Virus record (IMG/VR): IMGVR_UViG_3300029880_000008
Span: 1 to 64,000 of that record
Origin: a virus
Length of the DNA: 64,000 nt
Strand: one strand, 5' to 3'
Shown: one piece after another, positions 9,221-16,983 of the stretch
Layout of the letters: each line of letters begins with the position of its first letter
Numbering within the stretch: the stretch's first letter is position 1
The notes under the pieces: model-generated
What the model was told of the DNA's origin: nothing
What the model saw: only the letters and a program-made list of their open reading frames with translations
Database searches by the model: none
Made by a program: the position numbers and the translations under genes

Positions 9221-9471
9221 GTCTTGCCGGCCTCCGCTCCGGGATTTTTGGAAAGCAGATTGATAGCTTCAGAGCCATATCTCTGCCACATTTTGTTACC
9301 CCACTGAACAAGATATTCACCCTTTCGGGCTTCGAGCTTACCGTCCGTACATTCCGGTTTAAGGCGAACAGTAATATCCCTTCCGTTCTGTTCTATGCTT
9401 TCAACGCATTCCAGATTCCGAAGAGCATTAATGTTTTCCTTACTGATTCTTATTATGTTTTTAACTTTCAT
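9208..9471 (-). CDS. Hypothetical protein
   Basis: 87-aa ORF overlapping the downstream start. Confidence 0.5.
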   Translation of the reverse strand: MKVKNIIRISKENINALRNLECVESIEQNGRDITVRLKPECTDGKLEARKGEYLVQWGNKMWQRYGSEAINLLSKNPGAEAGKTWDA

Positions 9472-9640
9472 CTATAGTAAAACCTCTCCGTTTAGCCAAC
9501 CACGCAAGGCAGGAGAGGTGATTGCACGTGGTTATTGTGATATGGAGTAGAAGTCAATGTTAAAGGGAGGAGGAAGGATTGACTCCCTCACTCCCAAAGA
9601 TAATCAAAAACTAGTAATTTATGGCACTCACAATTAAGTG

Positions 9641-9712
9641 AGCCACATGCAGGACTCGAACCTACGACCTGTCTGTACCTTAGACCGCTCTGACCAACTG
9701 AGCTAATGCGGC
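9641..9712 (-). tRNA. tRNA, Thr(GGU)-like, with a non-canonical anticodon arm
   Basis: Reverse complement: GCCGCAT-TA-GCTC-AGTTGGTCA-GAGC-G-GTCT-AAGGTAC-AGAC-AGGTC-GTAGG-TTCGAGT-CCTGC-ATGTGGC-T. Acceptor, D and T arms are good. The anticodon stem is only 4 bp and the loop is AAGGUAC, with no U33. Confidence 0.6.
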
Positions 9713-9835
9713 TTGTGTCTCCTACCTTCACAGGCAAGAGGATTTAATACTCAAAAAAAATATGAATAATTTATAAGAGTGTGCTGACCGCTGTCAGCTA
9801 AAGCAAAAACATTTTTAGAATTTTACCTACTCGGG

Positions 9836-9907
9836 AAGCCCAGGGGAGACTCCAACTCCCAACCTCGCGGATAGTACCACGGCTCTATGCAGTTGAGCTA
9901 CTGGGCG
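9836..9907 (-). tRNA. Degenerate tRNA-like gene, anticodon unresolved
   Basis: Reverse complement has TAGCTCA, GGGAG-TTGGAGT-CTCCC and a 6-bp acceptor GCCCAG/CTGGGC. The D-loop lacks GG, the T-loop is TTG, and the anticodon loop is 6 nt (CGTGG-TACTAT-CCGCG). Confidence 0.35.
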
Positions 9908-9952
9908 ACGCATAAGTTAACCAATCAAAATTCTTGAAAAATGAAAGAAAAT

Positions 9953-10029
9953 TGGGAAGAGAGGATGGATTCGCACCATCGACCTCCAAGAAACCTTCCC
10001 CCGGCGCTCTACTACTGAGCTACTCTCCA
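9953..10029 (-). tRNA. tRNA-like gene with encoded CCA and an expanded anticodon loop
   Basis: Reverse complement: TGGAGAG-TA-GCTC-AGTAGTA-GAGC-G-CCGGG-GGAAGGTTT-CTTGG-AGGTC-GATGG-TGCGAAT-CCATC-CTCTCTT-C-CCA. It has a 9-nt loop, or 7 nt if an extra G-U pair forms, and a 1:72 mismatch. Confidence 0.4.
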
Positions 10030-10148
10030 CAGAAATAAAAAATAATTCCTTCTAAAAGAGATAGACGTACCCTATCTTCTCAGACCAGATACGCAAGAAA
10101 CAATCTTTTCACATATAAACAATTTAGAGCTTTAAAAATAAACATTTG

Positions 10149-10221
10149 TGGCAGGTACAGAACTCGAATCTGTGACCTCTAGGTCATGAACCTAGCGAGC
10201 TACCAACTGCTCCAACCTGCG
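10149..10221 (-). tRNA. tRNA with CAU anticodon (elongator Met or Ile2)
   Basis: Reverse complement: (C)GCAGGT-TG-GAGC-AGTTGGTA-GCTC-G-CTAGG-TTCATGA-CCTAG-AGGTC-ACAGA-TTCGAGT-TCTGT-ACCTGC(C). A canonical cloverleaf. Confidence 0.85.
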
Positions 10222-10293
10222 ATGTGTGCAGCCTATCTTCACAGACGAGCTGCATTTTTAATTGAATAAATTTGAATACAATGAATTATACGT

Positions 10294-10382
10294 TGGAGGC
10301 TAGGGCTCAACGAAGAACCTCTTGCGATGATAAGATCGGTATCATTTTGTTATCGCCGTGCATCAGTTACACTACTAGCCTC
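10294..10382 (-). ncRNA. tRNA-like or structured RNA (89 nt)
   Basis: Perfect 7-bp terminal helix GAGGCTA/TAGCCTC followed by CA. Internal 6-bp hairpin ATGATA-CCGATCT-TATCAT nested in GCG/CGC. I could not find a convincing T-arm. Confidence 0.25.
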
Positions 10383-10783
10383 TGAGTTGTTATATGAATG
10401 ATGAAGATAAATCATCTTTTTGGATTTTCAGAACTTTTCCATGTTCACCAGACTGCAACGTTTTGGGCAGTGCTTGCACCGACAATTCTTCATTCCGGTG
10501 TAGTCCGTCTGCTTACTTGATGCAGATTAGCTGGATTTTCGTATGTCGTGCGTCCTTTCGCCAGGTCACGGCATCCATTGATGCTCTCCAGTTACTTCTT
10601 TTCCACGCATACTATTTCTGTGCATCAATATGTCAAAGAACAATTCTTTCATGTCCGTTCATTGAAACTCTCATCTGACGCAAGATTGTCGCTGCCCGAA
10701 CGACCTACTTTATAAGGTATAAGGACTTACCTTTGCGCCGTCAGAGAGGAATTCAACTACTAAACGGAACTAAAAAAAGAGTG

Positions 10784-10858
10784 TGACTGAGGTGAGGATC
10801 GAACTCACGACCCGGTGATTAGGAATCAACCTGCTCTATCCAACTGAGCTACTCAGTC
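10784..10858 (-). tRNA. tRNA-Arg(CCU) with a bulged anticodon stem
   Basis: Reverse complement: GACTGAG-TA-GCTC-AGTTGGATA-GAGC-A-GGT(T)GA-TTCCTAA-TCACC-GGGTC-GTGAG-TTCGATC-CTCAC-CTCAGTC-A. One extra T sits in the 5' strand of the anticodon stem. Confidence 0.75.
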
Positions 10859-11000
10859 TGATTGGGGCGAAATAAGCTAAACGAACAGACATCGCCCCAA
10901 AGTATCTACCGCTGTAGATAAAACCCAAATAACTAATAACTAACAATCATACTCTCACGAGCAAATGAAACAAATCTATAACTTTAACCATACCAATATT

Positions 11001-11204
11001 TCAACACACTTTATGCTCTTCAATGAGCTCATCTATATCAGACTTTTTAAAGAATGCGGTGTTACCTATCATATAATGATGAATCTGACCGCTCTTTCTC
11101 AAGTCGTGTATATAACCAGTGCTCATGCCAATATACTTGGCGAACTCTTTTGTAGAGAGCCATATCTTTTCGACAGGCTCTACTGATACTTTCTTACGAG
11201 GCAT
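11001..11204 (-). CDS. Excisionase-family or MerR-type HTH DNA-binding protein
   Basis: WLSTKEFAKYIGMSTGYIHDLRKSGQIHHYMIGNTAFFKKSDIDELI is the typical HTH_17/Xis-like pattern. Located in the lysogeny module. Confidence 0.65.
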   Translation of the reverse strand: MPRKKVSVEPVEKIWLSTKEFAKYIGMSTGYIHDLRKSGQIHHYMIGNTAFFKKSDIDELIEEHKVC

Positions 11205-11208
11205 ACGC

Positions 11209-12042
11209 TTAATCTTTAACCAATTCCTGTTCTATAGTCGGTATAACACCTCGACTCTTCAGCTCATCATACAAAAACAGCCTACCTTTCTGAGTCCATT
11301 TTGTATGCATCACAGACCCTGATGTTCCATTCGAATGAACGATAGGAACTGTCTCGGAATGAACATATCCGCAAGGTAGATATTTCGCATACAAGATCCA
11401 CTGGCCACCGACCTTGTGCTGAATACCATAGTTTCTGAGCATTATATTGAATGCCTTTGCTGACTTTCCGTAGTCCTGAGCTATCTGAGTAGTCGTTACA
11501 GTTTCCTTACTTGCCAATATCATATCAACGTAATTGACTTTTGGTTTCATATAAGAAATTGTACTACTTAGCTCAACAATTTCCTTATCCTTTGCATAAT
11601 TCTCGGTTTCTAGTGCTTTTATGCGCTCCTCTCTCCTTTTAAGAGTAGCTTTAGCGACAATAAGAGCTCTAGCCATCAAGTCTTCCTCGGACTCTTCGTC
11701 AGCCATGGTCATATACCCTCCATCTTGACGAATACTAGGAAGAACTTCACTCGTTACCCATCTTTTAAAGTCCTTTGCTTGTGGTAACTTGCTACCAAAA
11801 ATCAAGGCATAAAGACCAGACTCGCTTATGAAGTTCGTATTCTGCTTTCTTCCTTGGGAATCTATGACCTCACGTTTCGTTAGGTCATCGTCATCAACGT
11901 GATCACCAACAGCTTTCCAGGGATTTGAAAATCCAAGTGCCTTACATACATCACTTGCACAAAACAGAGGTTCTTTCTCTGTCCCCTCGATTCTAATAGT
12001 CCCAAACATCGGACTGATCTTCTTTAAGTGAATATCGTTCAT
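11209..12042 (-). CDS. Bro-N / KilAC-domain antirepressor
   Basis: N-terminus FGTIRIEG...PLFCASDVCKALGFSNPWKAV...SESGLYALIFGSKLPQAKDFKRWVTSEVLPSIR is a Bro-N domain. C-terminus TTTQIAQDYGKSAKAFNIMLRNYGIQHKVGGQWILYAKY is a KilAC domain. Confidence 0.8.
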   Translation of the reverse strand: MNDIHLKKISPMFGTIRIEGTEKEPLFCASDVCKALGFSNPWKAVGDHVDDDDLTKREVIDSQGRKQNTNFISESGLYALIFGSKLPQAKDFKRWVTSEVLPSIRQDGGYMTMADEESEEDLMARALIVAKATLKRREERIKALETENYAKDKEIVELSSTISYMKPKVNYVDMILASKETVTTTQIAQDYGKSAKAFNIMLRNYGIQHKVGGQWILYAKYLPCGYVHSETVPIVHSNGTSGSVMHTKWTQKGRLFLYDELKSRGVIPTIEQELVKD

Positions 12043-12062
12043 ATTTTACATATTTAAGTTTA

Positions 12063-12284
12063 CTACTCAACCGGAACAGCGGTGATAATCGCTGTATGGT
12101 TCTTGTAATCTGCCGAGGTTGAGTATTTAAGCACGCCCTTCGGCAAATCTTCGTATTGAGCGAGCTGATAAGCATATGTTACTGCCGACCGAACTGCTCT
12201 TGCGGACTCAAGCAGGAAGACTTCAAATTTTCCTGGTTTGATGCCCAATATGTCCTGTTTTGTTATTCTTGCAACTTTTTTCAT
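12063..12284 (-). CDS. Hypothetical first gene of the leftward lysogeny-switch operon (Cro-position)
   Basis: 73-aa ORF immediately downstream of the leftward promoter. The function is assigned by position only. Confidence 0.45.
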   Translation of the reverse strand: MKKVARITKQDILGIKPGKFEVFLLESARAVRSAVTYAYQLAQYEDLPKGVLKYSTSADYKNHTAIITAVPVE

Positions 12285-12336
12285 CTTTGTTACTTAAATA
12301 ATTCATTAAAAATTTGGAGGTATGCGAAAAAAGTCG

Positions 12337-12344
12337 TATATTTG
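12337..12344 (+). promoter_or_regulatory. Bacteroidota -7 promoter box TATATTTG (rightward, repressor side)
   Basis: Matches TAnnTTTG and lies about 200 nt upstream of the 12542 ATG. Confidence 0.5.
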
Positions 12345-12428
12345 CAGTGTCAATGTAAAGTACGTACTTTCGGTCGCACAAGCCTCCGTTTGTAACGGCT
12401 TTGTTGGTTACTCGACCGTTAACGAGTG

Positions 12429-12436
12429 CAAAGGTA
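12429..12436 (-). promoter_or_regulatory. Bacteroidota -7 promoter box TACCTTTG (leftward)
   Basis: Plus strand reads CAAAGGTA, so the minus strand reads TAccTTTG. It faces the rightward promoter. Confidence 0.5.
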
Positions 12437-12541
12437 CATGAATTTCGTGTAATAATCAAGTGATTTACACGTTTTTCTTGTACCATTAACCTTTATTAGC
12501 ACTTTAAGCGGTTTTAGTTACGTATATAAAACTAAAAGTGT

Positions 12542-13120
12542 ATGACAGTAACAGAAAATCGTGTAGCAGGACTACAAGAAAGACTGAAGGAAGTAATGAA
12601 GTGCGAACAGCTTAACAAGCAGCAGTTCATGAATGTGACCGATATAAGTAATATCGGTAGGAAGCTCGACGGCAAGGTCGCTATCACCAAGATGGACATA
12701 AGTAAGATGAAACACTCATTGCTAGTTAACGACCAGTGGCTTGAAACCGGCATCGGCCCGATGTACTTGCCTGAGAAACTAGAGGAGAAGACGAGGGAAC
12801 TAAACAGAATGTCTGGCAGTTATCCGAGTGTTCACATAAGCGATGACCTGATAAAATCGCAAATAGAACAAGCTATCCAGCATGCAAAAGACAACCCAAA
12901 CTCGCCGACATCCGTAATAGCAAGCATGTTTGGCCATCATAACAACCAGAATATCGAAACTGGAACAGATAGAGCCAAAGAGCGGGAAGAAGAGTCGCTC
13001 AAATACAAGAATGCCCAGCTCATTCAGATCATCAATGCCAAGGATGAAATAATAAGGTCAAAAGACAGCGAGATTCGTCTTCTCAGGAAGATTCTTGCAG
13101 ATAACGGAATCGAAGTATAA
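12542..13120 (+). CDS. XRE-type HTH regulator, CI-like repressor candidate
   Basis: LQERLKEVMKCEQLNKQQFMNVTDISNIGRKLDGKVAITKMDISKMKHSLLVNDQWLETG fits the XRE HTH pattern. It is divergent from the antirepressor operon and lies upstream of int. Confidence 0.6.
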   Translation: MTVTENRVAGLQERLKEVMKCEQLNKQQFMNVTDISNIGRKLDGKVAITKMDISKMKHSLLVNDQWLETGIGPMYLPEKLEEKTRELNRMSGSYPSVHISDDLIKSQIEQAIQHAKDNPNSPTSVIASMFGHHNNQNIETGTDRAKEREEESLKYKNAQLIQIINAKDEIIRSKDSEIRLLRKILADNGIEV

Positions 13121-13140
13121 CATTATTATATATAAGGATT

Positions 13141-13626
13141 ATGAAGAAGGTATTATTAGCAGCAATGATACTTCTTGCAGGAGCATCATTCACATCATGT
13201 AGCAGTAGCGATGATGACGACAATGAGAAACAGGAACAGAAGTTTGATGCCAGCAAGGTTATGAGCGGCAAGTGGAAACTGAGCAAGATTCAGGATTTCC
13301 CCATTCCGATAAACCACTACTCCATTCAGAAGGGAAATACAATTTCATTCTTGGATGGCGGCATCCTTCGCACAGAGGGAGACTTCTCGGTAGTAATCAA
13401 TGGGGACGCGGACAGACCGATGACAATGCCGTTCGGAAGCTACAAGACATGGAAGGCTGATACCACATACAAACAGGACGGAACTGTCGAAACAGGTACT
13501 TCTCCTGTGTACTTTGACGGAAGTGATATGTATGTGGCCTACTTTATGTCTGCAACGGAAATCAACTTGGTGAAGTTTGCGACAGACCGAATTGGAATAG
13601 TGTATGTACTCACAAAAGTGCAGTAA
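13141..13626 (+). CDS. Lipoprotein (moron)
   Basis: Signal peptide plus lipobox: MKKVLLAAMILLAGASFTSC followed by SSSDDDD. Confidence 0.7.
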   Translation: MKKVLLAAMILLAGASFTSCSSSDDDDNEKQEQKFDASKVMSGKWKLSKIQDFPIPINHYSIQKGNTISFLDGGILRTEGDFSVVINGDADRPMTMPFGSYKTWKADTTYKQDGTVETGTSPVYFDGSDMYVAYFMSATEINLVKFATDRIGIVYVLTKVQ

Positions 13627-13637
13627 AATACGATTTT

Positions 13638-13657
13638 TGTGAGTAATATGTGAGTAA
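13638..13657 (+). repeat. Two direct TGTGAGTAA repeats (integrase arm-type sites, left arm of attP)
   Basis: Copies at 13638-13646 and 13649-13657. Confidence 0.5.
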
Positions 13658-13733
13658 GCAACCGGTGATTATACCAAATACTATCAGTATTAGAGGCTTA
13701 TCAAGATATATGAGAGTCTTCCCAAGCCTGTGA

Positions 13734-13761
13734 GGCGGGTTCGACTCCCGTATCTCGCTCA
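13734..13761 (+). other. tRNA 3'-end fragment (T-arm plus 3' acceptor strand), candidate attP core
   Basis: GGCGGG-TTCGACT-CCCGT-ATCTCGC-TCA. No matching 5' acceptor strand (GCGAGAT) lies upstream, so this is not a whole tRNA. Confidence 0.45.
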
Positions 13762-13868
13762 AGTATTGATAATCAGCCACTTACATCGTTTTTCACTATA
13801 AAAACATAATCAAAAATCATCATTTTCACCCACAAAATAGGCACAAAATCGTGCATAATGTACGCCAA

Positions 13869-13943
13869 TGTGAGTAGTTTTGTGAGTAATATGTGAGTAA
13901 AATTGAGTTGTGAGTAAAAAATGTGAGTAAAATCTGTGAGTAA
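13869..13943 (+). repeat. Six direct TGTGAGTA(A/G) repeats (arm-type sites, right arm of attP, over the int 5' region)
   Basis: Copies start at 13869, 13881, 13892, 13909, 13922 and 13935. The last ends 2 nt before the int ATG. Confidence 0.55.
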
Positions 13944-13945
13944 GT

Positions 13946-15124
13946 ATGAATAGCATCAAGACGTACGTTGAAGGAAAGTCCCTAAAGGTTTTCTTCATCA
14001 TCAGTTATCAGGGAAAGAGATTCCAGGTCTATACCGGTATCACGAGTACCGTCAAATTCAGTGGGATGGTATTCCCGAAGAGTGTTCCGAACGCAAGATC
14101 CAAGACGGCCATGCTAGCAAGGCTATTTGCGTCCGTGGAAGAATATGTCTATATGAATGGTGATCTTCCGGCAGCAAGGATGAAGGACGAAATCAAAGCC
14201 ATCATCAACGGAAGGGCTGCATCGGTAGAGAAGAATATCCTCTACTACATCGATGAGTTCATCAAGACCAAGGCCAAGGACAGCACAAAGGAGATATTCC
14301 TCAGAACAAGGAAGAGGATTGAATCCTTCGATGAGCATGCGGATTTCGACAACATCGACAGGGACTGGCTTGAAAGATTCCAGGCACACGAGCTCCTGAA
14401 AGGGCGCATGAGCGGTGGAATCGCCATCGACCTCAGAAATATACGCACGGTATTCAACTGGGCCATAGACAACGAGATTACAACCAAATATCCTTTCCGT
14501 AAGTTTTCCATCAAGACGGAGCGTCAGCAGTACCTGTATCTGAGTGCCGATGAGATGAGGGAGTATCGCGACTTTCCGGTAGAGCCTTTCATGGAGAAGT
14601 ACCGTGACTTGTTCATGCTCGGGTTCTATCTGATAGGCATCAACCTCTCCGACCTGCTCGAACTTCCTGCTGACTGCATCAAGAGAGGGCGCATCCAATA
14701 CAAGCGCAACAAGACCGGCAGGCTCTACGACATCAAGGTTGAGCCGGAAGCGATGGAAATCATCAGGAAGTATAAGGGAAAGGACCATCTTCTGTGCATC
14801 CTGGATGACGGAACGAAGGAGTCAAGCTTCCGTAGAACGCTTGGTGACTACCTGAAGAGAATCGGACCTACCGAGATAAAGAAGAACAAGCGAGGCGCCT
14901 TAATCAAGAAGGAAATCAATCCCCTTCACAAGGATATTATATGGTACACCGCCAGAAGAAGCTGGGCTACCATAGCTGCTAGCATCGACATTCCGAAGGA
15001 AGTTATCGGCAAGGCTCTAGGTCATAGCGAGTGGGATTCCTCAACCACTGACCTTTATATTCAGTTCGACAATAAGAAGATAGACGAGGCGAACCGAAAA
15101 GTCATAGACTATCTGAACGGTTAA
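13946..15124 (+). CDS. int: Tyrosine integrase (Bacteroidota Arm-domain type)
   Basis: YTARRSWAT, ALGHS and TDLYIQF are C-terminal catalytic boxes. The N-terminal VFFIISYQGKRFQVYTGI resembles an Arm-binding domain. Box I reads GINLSD, so the first Arg is not obvious. Confidence 0.85.
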   Translation: MNSIKTYVEGKSLKVFFIISYQGKRFQVYTGITSTVKFSGMVFPKSVPNARSKTAMLARLFASVEEYVYMNGDLPAARMKDEIKAIINGRAASVEKNILYYIDEFIKTKAKDSTKEIFLRTRKRIESFDEHADFDNIDRDWLERFQAHELLKGRMSGGIAIDLRNIRTVFNWAIDNEITTKYPFRKFSIKTERQQYLYLSADEMREYRDFPVEPFMEKYRDLFMLGFYLIGINLSDLLELPADCIKRGRIQYKRNKTGRLYDIKVEPEAMEIIRKYKGKDHLLCILDDGTKESSFRRTLGDYLKRIGPTEIKKNKRGALIKKEINPLHKDIIWYTARRSWATIAASIDIPKEVIGKALGHSEWDSSTTDLYIQFDNKKIDEANRKVIDYLNG

Positions 15125-15134
15125 CAAATAAAAT

Positions 15135-15162
15135 CCCCACGCCATCGGCAAATGACGTGGGG
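15135..15162. terminator. Bidirectional intrinsic terminator between convergent genes
   Basis: CCCCACG-N14-CGTGGGG hairpin flanked by AAAAT and a T-rich run (GAAAGTTGTTTT). Confidence 0.6.
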
Positions 15163-15184
15163 AAAGTTGTTTTATGGCAAGTAT

Positions 15185-15697
15185 CTAATTATAGAGCTCG
15201 TTGAGTTCCTTGTCAACCTCAACGATTTTATCGGAAATCTCAGATTCCTCCTTCTCTGCATGATTCATCGCATCAACAAGCTGCTTCGATGTTATCTTGC
15301 GTTTGCAGTAATTGACCTTGGCGTGTTCGCAATTCCATCTTTTCTTCCACAGATCTCGCAGTAGTCTATAGACGTCTACGACCTTGCTCTTTCTGGCGAC
15401 CTGTAGACGGGCTGATTCCAGTTCCATCTCTGTATACGTCAGCTTCCTGTTAACTTTAACTAGTTCACTCTCCGCCTTCTTCAGCTTTTCCTTTGTCTCT
15501 ATCAGCTCTATTTTAAGCTTCTCGTTGCAGCGGAGAGTGTAGCAAACTTCGGTAGCAAGAAGTGTAATGACAAAACAGTCAGCAAACACGTCCCAGATTC
15601 CAAGAAAGGCCTCCGCAATACAGAGGCAGCTCCCGAGGATGATGCACACGACAAAGATGTCAATGCGGTCGAAAATCATTTTTAATCTTTCTTTCAT
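15185..15697 (-). CDS. Membrane-anchored coiled-coil protein
   Basis: Two N-terminal TM helices (IFVVCIILGSCLCIAEAFLGI, FVITLLATEVCY) followed by a heptad-like E/K-rich region. Confidence 0.55.
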   Translation of the reverse strand: MKERLKMIFDRIDIFVVCIILGSCLCIAEAFLGIWDVFADCFVITLLATEVCYTLRCNEKLKIELIETKEKLKKAESELVKVNRKLTYTEMELESARLQVARKSKVVDVYRLLRDLWKKRWNCEHAKVNYCKRKITSKQLVDAMNHAEKEESEISDKIVEVDKELNELYN

Positions 15698-15726
15698 AAA
15701 ATTAGCTCAAGGAAACCCACAAATCT

Positions 15727-16983
15727 TTAGTTTGTGGGAGGAATTGAGCAACTTTTCCTTCTTTCTGTTAATACACTTCTTCTGATGTCTACCAATCGTA
15801 TGTATTTACAACTGATAGAACCTTTGTTTACTTTTGTTCCGTCCAATTTTCTAATATCAAAGAATCCGCTATCTCTTCTCCCAAATATGTAATACAAATC
15901 ATTTTGGTATTCAACCAAGTCAAACAACCTATACCCTTTTACCAAGAATGGTGCTTGATTGAGCTTCTTCCTACCACCTTTCAAGAAATTAACCTTGTGT
16001 ATTTGTCTATTCTGACAACGTACTTTCTTTTGGTAGAAATAATACCCAAGCGGTTTTGCTTTAGAATTACCACTTATACATCTTGCATCAACATAATGGT
16101 CTTTTGGTAGACCATTAGTGATACGATTGTTCTTTGTGATATATCCAAAAGTCATATTTACATTAGGATAGATATTCTTTAGCCTCTCGTATGTAGTCCA
16201 ACGAGTAATCCCCATAAATGCTGCATCCCTGAATGATGCACCACGTTTTACCTTTATATCTATCTTACCATTGTGATATGCCTTATGGCAAGATTCACAT
16301 AGCGTGATTAGATTGCTTGGAGAGTTTCCTCCGATTTTTCTACTTTCAATGTGATGTACATTCAAGATATGATCTTTACTCTTACCCTTGCAATGTTGGC
16401 AAGTATGATTATCCCTAAACAAAACATACTCGCGGACGTTCCAAAAGCCAAGCTGTTCGCCCTTCTGATATTCTTCGCTTGATATACTTGGATTCTTAAT
16501 CTTTTGTATGTTAAATGAAGCAGTCTCAACTACGATATTAGTTATTGGTAGGAACTTATGAATTTTTTCTACAACAGTTAAGTGAGTTTGAATCTTGTTT
16601 TCAACAGATGGTGCTAACCAACCTTTGCGTTTTGAAGATACTCTGTTGTTAAAACGAACCTTACGATAACGTAATCTATTTCTACGCGTTCTTCTTTGTT
16701 CTCTACGAGTAGATAGTTTCTCCACAATGTCATTTCTCAGTTCTACATCTGCTGCATACAATTCCTTCTCACTTGTTGTTGCCGAAATGCCGATATGTTT
16801 ACTACCAGCATCTACACCCAAACTTATGGGCTGAACGAAATAAGTTGTCTCATAATCCAATTGAATTGTGAATGGGATACGGCATACAACGTGAGCAAGA
16901 CCATTTTTCAATAATCTTCTCACCTTGCCAAATCTTTCAGTCGGCATAAGTGCCTGTCCTTCTTTGCCTATTACATAAACCAT
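15727..16983 (-). CDS. iscB: IscB RNA-guided nuclease (RuvC with HNH insertion)
   Basis: N-terminal PLMP-type motif (GQALMPT). RuvC-I SLGVDAGSKHIG, RuvC-II VVETASF, HNH CQHCKG...NVHHIESRKIGGNSPSNLITLCESCHKAYH, RuvC-III KDHYVDARCI. 418 aa. Confidence 0.85.
   Translation of the reverse strand: MVYVIGKEGQALMPTERFGKVRRLLKNGLAHVVCRIPFTIQLDYETTYFVQPISLGVDAGSKHIGISATTSEKELYAADVELRNDIVEKLSTRREQRRTRRNRLRYRKVRFNNRVSSKRKGWLAPSVENKIQTHLTVVEKIHKFLPITNIVVETASFNIQKIKNPSISSEEYQKGEQLGFWNVREYVLFRDNHTCQHCKGKSKDHILNVHHIESRKIGGNSPSNLITLCESCHKAYHNGKIDIKVKRGASFRDAAFMGITRWTTYERLKNIYPNVNMTFGYITKNNRITNGLPKDHYVDARCISGNSKAKPLGYYFYQKKVRCQNRQIHKVNFLKGGRKKLNQAPFLVKGYRLFDLVEYQNDLYYIFGRRDSGFFDIRKLDGTKVNKGSISCKYIRLVDIRRSVLTERRKSCSIPPTN

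Noticed and set aside
10394-10678. 94-aa plus-strand ORF inside the tRNA cluster
   Set aside because: It runs opposite to the local transcription direction and has no promoter box. Its composition is Cys/Ser/Phe-rich. The region is better explained as non-coding RNA.
13680-13761. Complete tRNA gene next to the integrase
   Set aside because: Only the T-arm and the 3' acceptor strand are present. No complementary 5' acceptor strand or D-arm lies upstream. I interpret it as the attP core copy of a host tRNA 3' end.
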